Assembly: GCF_964355755.1 (NCBI RefSeq)
Contig: NC_092675.1
Location: 5,141,812 to 5,205,811, forward strand
Source: Antedon mediterranea
Taxonomy: Eukaryota; Animalia; Echinodermata
Direction of reading: 5' to 3'
Length of the DNA stretch: 64,000 nt
Part shown: positions 1-11,091 of the stretch, in pieces
Layout: each line of letters opens with the position of its first letter
How positions within the stretch are numbered: the stretch's first letter is position 1
Notes under the pieces: model-generated
What the model saw: only the letters and a program-made list of their open reading frames with translations
Database searches by the model: none
Told to the model about the DNA's origin: nothing
Position numbers and translations under genes: made by a program

Positions 1-3000
1 AATTCGAGTTCAAGCTCATCTAAGAAATCATCAAAGTCCTTCAAACTGGAATCCAATACGGTCTTTGCAGCATGTTCTACTGGTTTTGGAATGTCTTTTT
101 TTATTGGCTGTGCATCAAATGTCTTTAATGTGGTTTGATTAGACACGGCTTCTGTTTCTCTAGCTGTTGTTCCAAAATGATTACCCACTGACACAGGAGG
201 GGCGGCAATAACAATAGGTTCTGGTGTCATATCAGCATTTACAAAATTGCCTTCCCACGATGCATCATCCGATGACACAGTTTGATCTTTTCCACTGCTG
301 TACGACTTTTCGTTAGGTGGGCTCGTATCTTGATCTCCAGTAATAAGCATACCTAAATTTAAAGATCGTGTATTTTAAAAGGTTAATATCAATTATTTCT
401 TTAATCTTCGTCATGGTTTAAACATATTTTGATGACTTGGAGTAACAGTGGCTAGATTAAGTATGTTCTATTTAGTAATTTTTATAGATAAATTTACAGG
501 TCAAAATAAACTCTTAACTGCCTGTTGATGAACTTAGAAGCATTTCTTCATACTGGATTAACGCATCAATGATGTGGACAGTGTAACCTATGGTAAATAA
601 GAAATACATCTTTTACAAATTCAAGCCAATTTTTTTATTTTAAACCTACCATTTGCTCGTACAGCCAATGATCTTGCTTTCACAGAATCTAAAAACATTT
701 CAAAATCATCTTGACCACCAGCTCTATAATGGAAATCAGATAATTAAATTCATAGTGACACCATTTAAAAAATAGGATTTTTTTTATTTATAGAAAAAGT
801 GTTAATAAAACAAAAAGACATCAATAACTTCTTTCATTTTCAGAATAACGTGATAGCATAATTATACCACTGCCACTTGAATGTTATTGAGCCTGCTTTT
901 TGTTTGTGCTACACTGTGAAACTGCAGCTTGGTGGAAAGTACAGTTCTATAATTGGTGGGTAGTGCCAATGGGACATGGTGGCAATTTATAAAAAAAAAA
1001 TTATATAAAAAGCATGTCTCAACCTAAAATTGATTTTTATACTCTTCAACATTTATTGAAATTTTAAAGACTACTGTTAATAAATATTACATACATTTCC
1101 CACTGGCTTTCATCCTCTCCCAGCCATGACTTCACTTGACCATTACTATTTGCCTTATGTTCATCATCAATCAATTTCTTTTGTCTTGCTATTCTTGAAG
1201 CTTCTCTTTTAGCTGCTATGAAAGCTTCCTCTTCTAGTTTTATCTCCTCCTCTTCTCTTTGTAACTAATATTTAAAAAACAAGTTTTATATTTTATTAAT
1301 AGTATTCTCCATCATAATTATTAAGAATTATAATTTTAGGACAGTACTGAAGTATCAAAAAAACATGCAAAATAAAAAAAGCTATCATATTTTCAGAACT
1401 GCAATTTTAAAAGTTAAAAAAAAAGTTAAAAAGTATAATGTGTGAATATTTATCAGTTTTTTTTCACATTTTTAGATCGTATGGGTAATAATACAATGTG
1501 AATCCATAAAAATTAATTAATATTTTATATGCTATGTTATGAAATTAATTTAGAACTCCAGCCAATTCAAATTAATAATAAAGTAGGTCATTATTGATAT
1601 ATAAATTAGAAACTATTTTACTTCGCCTTATCTTGAAAAACTTATCAGTTCTACAATTTGTCCATCAAACAATAAAAACAATTTTCGATGTGGACTATAC
1701 CCTTTGATCAATTTCTGCATCAATTTTTTTCTGGGCTGCTACTAAATCTCTATATTTATGGTCATTCAAAAGTTCCCTCTCTTCATATGTAATAATTGCA
1801 TTACCATCTGCTTGACAGCCATCCTGAAGAATAAAGTAAAATTCATCTTTTTTAATAACAGTTCATCCATCAGAATGCTTTTAAAAAAATGTAAAATGAA
1901 AATGAAATGAATGGGCAATCTATTTTGAATATGAATACATACATCTTCAATTAGGTTCTCAAATTCTATTCCTACATCACAATTTTGATACCTTCCACGA
2001 AAATAATCTTTCCTTCTGAAAAATAAATATAGGATAGGTAGGTTATACCAGGGAGTTGTAAACCCTGGTTATACTAAATATTCATTTATGAAACAGTACT
2101 GTATGCCTACCTACAGTACCTAGGCCTACACTGAATAATTGTAATAAATATTATTGAAAAAGTGCAGTTTACTGTACTGCTGTCTGTACAGGCCTAGGCC
2201 CTATTTTTATATAGGCCTAGAGGCTAGTATTATAATATATCATATGAAATAACATAGCCTAGGTAGGCCTAGGCCAGGCCCCTCTAGCTAGCTAGGCTAG
2301 CTAGCTAGCCTGCTGGCCTAGGCCTAGCTAGGTAGGCTAGGCCTAGCGGCGCTAATGCAGTTTCGTACCCACCCCTTAAAATTACTCAAAATGATTTCAA
2401 TACTTCATCTAGCCTACTCACGAGTTGTCTACAGCATTCAGCAAGCATAAAATGGTAAAATATCGATAATTTCTTATTTATAACTATTTTTAATCAATTA
2501 ATAATTGAGCACCCTTCAGAAATCCATCGCCAGCTTAGCTTCGCGAAAATCATCGCTAGGCCTGCCGATGAAAGTACGGAGGCCTCATAGGGCATCGATC
2601 TATAGAGGACGCTGTTATGATCATATTATTATGGCGATAATAAAATATTTTTTACATGTTCCTCATGAAACGGATTTTAAGTTTTTTTCATAAAGAAATA
2701 TTTTGTGTTTAATTATGTTGTTAATTTTTAGAAATTCTATTTATTTTGAATGTTGTGTGTTATTGTCTTGTCAAATTATATTTTTTGTAAGGGTCCCTAA
2801 TGATCAGCTTCGGCTGGATGGACCACCCTCATAAAATATTGTTGAAATAAATTAATGAATAGTTGCTTCATTATTTAATGTTTTATTTGATTTTATTTTA
2901 ATAAACACAACAGGAAAGAAGATAAAAAAGAAGAAATGAAAGACATGAAATGATGTATTCAGTGTCAGCAGAAGTAAAATAAATTCTAGTAATTGATGGA

Positions 3001-3962
3001 AAACATTTTTATTATAATTATTGTATTACTTTACATTACATTTCAATAAATTATATCTTTCTGTTTTTGTTGCATTTCCTATTTCCATGTATTTGAAGAG
3101 GTCTTTCATAGGTGAATAAAAAATGTTAATTAATAATAATATACTTCTATAAAATCTTAAAACAGGGAAACCATTAGCGTTTCTAGTGTAGCTAGTGATA
3201 ACAAATACTAAAACAATTAATTCGTCATAGCTTGATTATTGTTTTATAACATTAACAATGTAACTCAGGAATGAAGTACTGTAATTCTTTTTATTCATTT
3301 CATTTATTTATTTGACCTACAAACCATAATGTAAAATAAACTAAAACAGAGGAAAATTGGTCAGTACTTATATCTTCAAGAGTCAGCAGTTCCATATTTA
3401 TCTTCTTTTCTGTGTGAAATTCTACTAGTAAAATGAAAGAACAAATTAAAAACATAACATAATTATGATGATACCCACAATGATGAATACAGCAATTGTA
3501 TAGTATTTCTTTTTCTTTATTAAAAATACGAAACGCATGTCGGAAATAATAATGAAAATTATAATTATTTGGTGCGTGCTTTAAACGTTAGTAACTACGC
3601 CCTCTATAGAACGCAACTGTTTACTCTATTAATAGAGTTAATGTCCTGTGAGGCCTCCGTACTTTTATCGGCAGGCCTAGCGATGATTTTCGCGAAGCTA
3701 AGCTGGCGATGTATTTCCGAAGGGTGCTCAGTATTAATTGATTAGAAATAGTTTTAAATAAAAAATTATCGATTTTTTACAATTTTATGATTGCAGAATG
3801 TTGTAGACAACTCGTGAGTAGGTTGGATGAAGATTTTGAGTAATTTTAAGGGGTGGGTACGAAACTGCATTAGCGCCGGCCTAGCTAGGTAGACCCTATA
3901 TTTTTGTTACTTATTTCTCACCGTGGTTTTCTTCCAAAAAGTGTTTCCAAACAATTCCCCAT
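1..3962 (-). CDS. AP1AR: AP-1 complex-associated regulatory protein (gadkin) orthologue, 3' end outside window
   Basis: Phase-consistent GT-AG exons 3962-3922, 2015-1943, 1823-1701, 1264-1095, 723-650, (587-522 optional) and 352-<1. They give MGNCLETLFGRKPRRKDYFRGRYQNCDVGIEFENLIED...LQREEEEIKLEEEAFIAAKREASRIARQKKL...DDFEMFL...SSDDASWEGNFVNADM. This matches gadkin hallmarks as I recall them (MGNC acylation start, IEFENL, LEEEALYAAQREAAR, DDFE, WENDFVSAEM). Confidence 0.92.
2348..3877. mobile_element. Non-autonomous Mutator/foldback-like DNA transposon in the first coding intron of AP1AR
   Basis: ~250-270 bp imperfect TIRs (GGCGCTAATGCAGTTTCGTACCC... / ...GGGTACGAAACTGCATTAGCGCC). Exact 8-bp TSD GGCCTAGC at 2340-2347 and 3878-3885. 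AT-rich non-coding interior. Confidence 0.85.
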
Positions 3963-4162
3963 CACTATGTATAATCATTTATTATAGAAAATATGGCTTA
4001 AGTACATCTTTCTGCTGACATATCTACAAAAAAAAGCTAGGCCTAGCTAGCCTAGGCCACTGATCGTACGGTTGTTGTTGACTTCGTCGATGACTACTGC
4101 CGTGATATATATTCTTTGCTACTACTACTGCTGCTGCCTCCTCAGCCCGTACGTACGTGTGA

Positions 4163-4191
4163 TCACATGATGACGTTACCGTATCACGTGA
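4163..4191. promoter_or_regulatory. AP1AR promoter E-box/CLEAR-like cluster
   Basis: TCACATGA (4163-4170), TGACGT (4171-4176) and TCACGTGA (4184-4191), in a CpG-rich patch ~200 bp upstream of the ATG. Confidence 0.5.
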
Positions 4192-4662
4192 GATACTCTA
4201 ACTTAGCATATGGAGCGCCATGACTGCATTCACTTTTTTCCATTTACTGTACAAATAGGCTTGTTTTTTTGGGCCAATAAGTTTGGTTACTGATTGAGTA
4301 ATCGTTAGTCTTCATTCAGCGTATCTATACAATTTGGTATTAGTATTAATGATTTTGTTAATATTGCTACTGGTTTATTTCAGTTTTCTTGTATTTTATG
4401 TTCCTGACCATCTTAAATTATGTCCATACCACCAGCATCGAATCAACATTAAATGATAAATGATTTTTTAGAAAATAAAAAAGATTTAAATTGTTACTAA
4501 TTTATTTCAGTTTTCTTGTAGTTTATATCTATGTTCATCTTAATTACGTTGAAAAATTATTATTTGTTTATTATTTAATAACTACTCTAATTTTATTACT
4601 CTGTTGTTGACAAAAATATATGATCGATCCTCTTGTGCCAAGCGTTGTGAAAAAAGACACCG

Positions 4663-7600
4663 TTAGTTACAGTTCGGCCTACATGTTTTCTTTGTAATTG
4701 GCATTTCTCGGATACTCGTGCAACTTGATTTATTCACCGACTTGTCTTTTCCACCCATTGTTCTAATACACTTTACACTTCTTGTCTTTTTACCTTTAGG
4801 CTTCTTTGAATCACATGTTTTAGTTCGACACTCAGACCAAGCACCTACTTTCCATCGAAAGCTGAAAATTGTATAAAGATCAATTGAAAAAAATCAATAA
4901 TCATGTAAACTTAAAACCGGGTGGAAACTTTTATAGCAAATGAGATAAATGTCCTTACATCACAGGATATTATAGCAAAATGCACAAATAATGCCAATAC
5001 TTACGTGCGTCCATTTGATATAGGCCCACATGGGTGTGTGTTGCATTCCTTGGCGGATGGTTTGAATCCTTCGCGGTTGCAATTAATATTTGCTCTCACT
5101 GTGTTGTCGCTCAAACTCTTACATTCGTATTCTTTATAACTTGCTCCTGGAAATAAAAGTGTATACAGTTTACTAAGATGTTCAGATGTGTTATTATATT
5201 GTAATCGTATATTCTTTCCGCGTTTTTACGTGATTCTTACGGTCTGTGTTCAGTTACCTTGTATTCACAAGCAAGATTAAAAAAGGAGACATAATCATGA
5301 CTATGATATCTATTTTGCAATGTAATTTTTAATTTCGTTTATTTTCTCATAATGCCACCGCTCTTACCTCCACCGCAAGGGAAAGTACACTTTGTCCAGC
5401 CTTTCAGGACCCAGGCAAATCCAGGTCGTGGTTCCTGTGGAAGTGTGACAGGTTGTGTGGGAGTGGCATCCAATGATTCAATTGTGGGCGTAGTTTGGTC
5501 CTGTTGTTTCACACTGCTCTTTCTCACACAAATACCGGAAGAGCAACTCTATAGGCAAATGCAAATTAAAACTTACTCCTTCAATTTATTCAACTTGTTT
5601 ATCAATTTTCATTGGATTCCGTAAATCAATAGACATGGAACAATCTTATCATTCTCTTACACCTGATAACCTAAATAATGTAATAGTTATTTGATATAAT
5701 ATTATTTACGTCATCAATTTCTGTGTACCATGGGCACGCTGTTTTGTTCCTTCCAGCAACGTGGACACATTTAGTGGAATCACTCCTGTTAAACGACGAT
5801 TTGTTGTCTTCAAGGCAACTAAAATCACTACAAATGGAGAAAAAAAATAAAATGTTTGTAGGAGAATGTACAATCGTAAAATCCTAAAAAGAAATTGTTT
5901 TTAAATGAAGAAAGATAAAATGTTAGTGGGATGTACAACCATTAAAAAAAATATTAAAACCACTCACAGCCTCTTGTGTTTCCAGAATGAATTGTAAACT
6001 TGATTACACTACTTAGAATGTCTTATGTGATTAATCATTGCATTTCGGGAACTTTCACCTACAAAACTTACCCTATCGTGTCCAATAATATGGTCTGACT
6101 ACAGTTGCTCCATTGATAATTTGAGAACATAGTAGTTTTCAGTGTTGTTGCCATAATACTAAAGTCAACATCACCGTAAATACAATTGTCATCGTGTTCA
6201 AGTCCAAAACTATATTCAGATAACGAAAATCAACAACTGAATCAATATTTTACAGTTTAGAGAGGAAAACTATAAAGAAATTATATATACTATTATATAA
6301 CCAAGTAGTCTATCAGATAAGAAGAATGTTTTCTTTATTACAGAACATTCAGAATTTGCTTTTGACCACTGACGTAGGCCTAACCACACTGTAAATAGAG
6401 TTTATAATTACATTTAATAAAGTAAAACAGTCACACTGTTCATTTTAGTTTAACTTTATAATACGGTAAATAAAACTGTTAAAAATGTGGTTAAATAAAT
6501 TAAGAATGTAAATAAATACGGGGACTTACAGGTGACCTATTTCGTGAGCAATGACAATAGATGTCATATAACCACTGTCCTTTATCAAAGCACAGCTTTT
6601 CCGTCCATCACACATCCCATTATCTGGTGAATAACCTGCAAACACGTAAAGTAATACAATATGTTGCAATGCGTTTACCTTGCCTCTTCAAAGATAATAT
6701 TAGAATTAACAATATACAAAGTTTCAAATAATAATTCAATTGACTAATACGGTACCAACGTATATCTTCTACTACCATCACATTGACATCTTTGGTAATT
6801 TTGCCATTCCCAAAAAAAAAACAAAAAACAAACAGTAGCAACCACAGTAACAACCACACGGCCAATGTTTCTCACATTCTTATAAAAGTACATTTAACCT
6901 GAGATTGTATATTGTAAGAATTTTATTGTTACATTATTTAACGTAAGATAACAATTCATCTGCTATAAAACATACCAACTGCTCCGAAATTCTTTCTTGT
7001 AAAGAAAAGAACAAGGTCTGTTGTTTCAGTGTCGTTTTCATGTATTTGTTTAGAAGCCCAATAACATGATCGTTGCAGACTTCTCATTTTGTTGTTCTCA
7101 ATTATCTTATCTTTAGACTAGAAATAATAACGCTAAAATGATAATCTAAAGATTCAACGAATGAGTTTGATATTCAATCTAAAGGATTATTATAACATCA
7201 TATGCAAGAAAGGAATTCCTTTTTTTTAATTGAAATCTAAGCCTTATTATTAAATATATTATGGTAAATGAATTGAGTGAAGTTCGTTGATACTAGTTAT
7301 TAATAACTTGGATTGCGCAAAACTTACATGCTTTTTAATACAATAGTTAGATAGTTTTTTTTTTAAAGAAAGCAAAGTGTAATTCAAAATTTCCTTCAAT
7401 TTGATTATAGAAAACGTCAACATTATCGTATTTTATATGGCACCACCATCATTTATTTTTGTCACATAAAACGTTGTGACATTGCCATAAAATAATAATA
7501 AGATGTGTATTTGTATACATTACCTCCACTTCATTCATTAAATACATTGTGGTTATTGAAATGGTAAGATTCAGATTTATAATTTTGCTATTGAATACTT

Positions 7601-9075
7601 CATTCACCTGTAACGAAATTGAATTGAAAAATGTACATTATTGCAGTTCTTATGTCTATTTCAAACAGTACTTCTGCAAACAGTCTCAAGAGAGAGTTGA
7701 TCGACTATTCTGCCATTTGCCATGACGCAGGCTTACTTAGTTTTTGAAGATAACATTTATGAGTTCATTTTAACGGTTCAGTGTTCCATTTATGCGAACT
7801 GTATAATGTTTGTCACGTATTTGACCAATGTCGTTATGTTTAATACGTGTCTGACAACTTACTAGTTGCACCAGTGTGTCATGTGTTTGACCAATGTCGT
7901 TATGTTTAATACGTGTCTGACAACTTACTAGTTGCACCAGTGTGTCATGTGTTTGACCAATTTCGTCAATGTTTAGTCTGACAACTCACTAGTTGCACCA
8001 GTGTGTCATGTGTTTGACCAATTTCGTTATGTTTAATACGTGTCTGACAACTTGCTAGTTGCACCAGTGTGTCATGTATTTGACCAATGTCGTCATGTTT
8101 AATACGTGTCTGACAACTTACTAGTTGCACCAGTGTGTCATGTGTTTGACCAATTTCGTTATGTTTAATATGTGTTGACAACTTACTAGTTGCACCAGTG
8201 TGGCCAAGTATCTTGACACATCTTCCCCATGATGTTCCTGCATACTGACCTCACTGAAAACTATTGCATCAATATGATTAGCAGTTGAACCACCATTGTT
8301 TTCTGCAGATGGAGAATAAATAGGCCTACTCATTTGCTAGTACCCTGTATTTATAATAATGTAATTTAAAATGTGTCCTCTTCTCAGCAACTTAAACACA
8401 TTTTTGAATCGATGTGTGGAAGGGAAAGACCCGCCATGGATTATTTCCTGCAGGCATTTATCCGTAAAAGCATTGTCCTATATCTAATTGTTTTGCTCAA
8501 AAGTCTTATTAATTATTAGGCTTTTGACAAGAAACGACTGCCATGTTGTGAAAAGCAGCAATCAAAACGTTTTTAATGTTACTTAAAAAACAAGTAAGAA
8601 AAACATGTACAATGAAAAGTAATGCAGTATATTAGACCAACAATACGTAGTATCAGAATAAAACATACCGTATGACGTCATTGGATTGTAGCACTCCGAA
8701 TCAGCTATTAACATTACTGTCAGAAAAACATAACAAATTGAGACTGATATCGCCATTCTTCAACGTCAATAATAATTCAATAGTTCTACTTCTTAAACAA
8801 TCTAACCGAACTGACATAGGCCTAGGCCTAATTTAGTCAAACTTGTGTATGTTTGGGGGAGGTAATTAAACAAGGAATTAAGTAAATGACCTCATACTGT
8901 ACGATAAAGGAAAAAGGAAGCATTTTGTAAGGATATAACTGGTAGCATGAGGCAATAATAAAATGATAGTATTACCTTCCTGATACAGAATACAAACTGT
9001 AATCAGTACAAAGGCTAATATTTTATCAATATTCTTACGTAAAGTCAAGATAGGCAAAAAGGATGGTTTCGTCAT
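4663..9075 (-). CDS. Short prodomain-less ADAMTS-like (M12B) metalloprotease, ~436 aa: SP, catalytic domain, truncated disintegrin-like domain, 2x TSR
   Basis: Eleven phase-consistent exons: 9075-9039, 8716-8669, 8302-8187, 7607-7524, 7117-6976, 6635-6530, 6209-6072, 5827-5710, 5548-5368, 5146-5005, 4861-4663 (1311 nt, ends TAA). Signal peptide MTKPSFLPILTLLMLIADSEC; zinc motif HEIGHLFGLEHD; Met-turn SIMA; TSRs WVLKGWTKCTFPCGGG and WKVGAWSECRTKTC. Confidence 0.85.
7820..8200. repeat. 66-bp minisatellite (~6 copies) containing an exon end and 5' splice site
   Basis: Unit TTTGACCAATGTCGTTATGTTTAATACGTGTCTGACAACTTACTAGTTGCACCAGTGTGTCATGTG, with starts near 7820, 7886, 7952, 8013, 8079 and 8145. 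Confidence 0.95.
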
Positions 9076-11091
9076 TTAAGATTTTAGATGTAAACATGTC
9101 ATGGTTTGGTTGAAACACTGACTTTAATATAATTATTGCTTAGAACAAATTGAAGATGTTTGTTAATTTTTCCCCAGTTATTATATTATGTACTCTACTG
9201 TATTACTAAAAAAAGAACTCATTTTGTGATCAAATATCCAGGCCTACATGCATGTGCGCTCCTTTAGAGTTTTAACGAAAAGGCTCAGCAAGAATGCAAC
9301 TGACAATCAGGTGTACTGCAGGTAAACAAGTCCGTGCATAAAATATCAGATGGTTAATAATAAAAGTATATTGTATTTTCAAATGACGAATTTATCAAGA
9401 CAATGAGGATGTGATAATCTATCTATATATATATATATATTTCCACAAACAAAAGTCGAACACAATATTATGTAAAAATAAATGATGAGTTTATTTTACA
9501 TAAGTATAGCATTGTAATAATACTGACTATTATCAAAGGAAACGTTAATGATTCTATTTACAGAAAATCTTTACAATACTCAAATTAAATCTAAATTATA
9601 GGTCATAGATAAGACTATAGAAGCACAGGCACATACGACGTCATCGAAAACAATTACATTAACTAATGTTGATATTGTCTAGATTATTAGTCTACTATTA
9701 TGTCCCTATGGATATGGTTATAAACTGTTTACCGCAACAGCTACACAGAAAGTAACCGACATTACTACAGTAGCAATAAGAATGACGTTTTAAGAAGGAG
9801 ATGAGGTTCTTAAATAAAGTACCAACCATTAGCAAAGTTTCGAAAACACTATTTTTTATTTGCTTTGGTGGCAATATGGAAAGAGCGTAATGACACCTCA
9901 CCGGTGCGATAGCTTCTGTAAATACCCCAATTTGGCCACACACATCACATCATGTCTCGATCGTATAATTATGGTCTGCGTATATTTTTTACACTTATGA
10001 GTATTTTAACATAGGTAATAAAACAATAATGTTATAAAATAGGCATATGTTGATTAATTTACTTTCATCGTAATCCATTCCTCTGTAGTATTATTGTGAA
10101 GTAGGTTACTTGTAGTATTTTATACAGATCATCACACGAGTTTTAAACAATTCCAACAATTCATACATCACAGGAGTGAATGTTTTAATTCAGATTTTTT
10201 TAATGACTTATCAGTCACGTAGTCGTGGGGATAATTTTACAACAGGGAGTTTTGAAAGCCTCAATACATTTTCTTATTAAAGTCAAAGTTTAGTCATATC
10301 ATTTTAACATAGAAAAATACTGATTAGGTTGTACATTGTTTGAGAAGTAACAAATTGGCACTGCATCAACATGTTCGACGCTAATGCCCTCAGTGAGTTC
10401 GGATATTGATCTATACTCTGTTTTCGCTGACTTTATTTCCTGTCCATGTCATGAGAACATTCCTTGCAAATAATTTGAAATAAAATTAGCTACGAAAGCA
10501 TGAATCAGATAATTGCAATTCTATTGGCTAAAAGTGAAGACTTAACTAGTATACATTTGAATAGGCCTACAAAAACATTTAAACAATGACAATGCATTAA
10601 ATGAATTGAATAATATTAATACTACGATTTCGGCTACTTAAGTTCTTTTTTGTGTAATGCACACATCATTATACTTTATAATTCCTTTCTTATTGATCGT
10701 ATTAATACAATATTGAAAACATTATATTATATTATTATGCAGTACTACAACAGCCAAGACAATGGCAGGCCTAAGTTCCGCTCTGTGTTTTGAAACAGCC
10801 ACGAAACATAAATCAGGTTAAAATAATATCCGAGTATGGTAACGGCAAAATGTGTAAAACATTTTATAAAATAAAATTAACAATACAAGTTTTAAGCAAA
10901 GAAAGTGATAGCACGTTGATTGTTAACGCATTAGATGAATACTACAATACGCATGCGCATTATGAACGCTTTCGATTCACACGAATGAATTGACGTAAGT
11001 CATTATGTTAAACAAGAAAACAGTTTTAAAATAGTTACAAAACTATCTAAAATACACAGGTGATGCAAAAATAAGCATTGTTTACAATCAC

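Noticed and set aside
4663-5548. TSR exons as the 3' end of the long ADAMTS gene
   Set aside because: The long gene stops at 11092, and these exons splice in frame to a second catalytic domain with its own signal peptide.
5577-5670. Missing disintegrin exon of the short ADAMTS gene
   Set aside because: The frame contains a stop, the flanking introns would be under 40 nt, and there is no similarity to the paralog exon.
7820-8200. CRISPR-like array or repeat-protein ORF 7966-8181
   Set aside because: The units are contiguous with no unique spacers, the context is a eukaryotic intron, and the ORF is a by-product of the 66-bp period.
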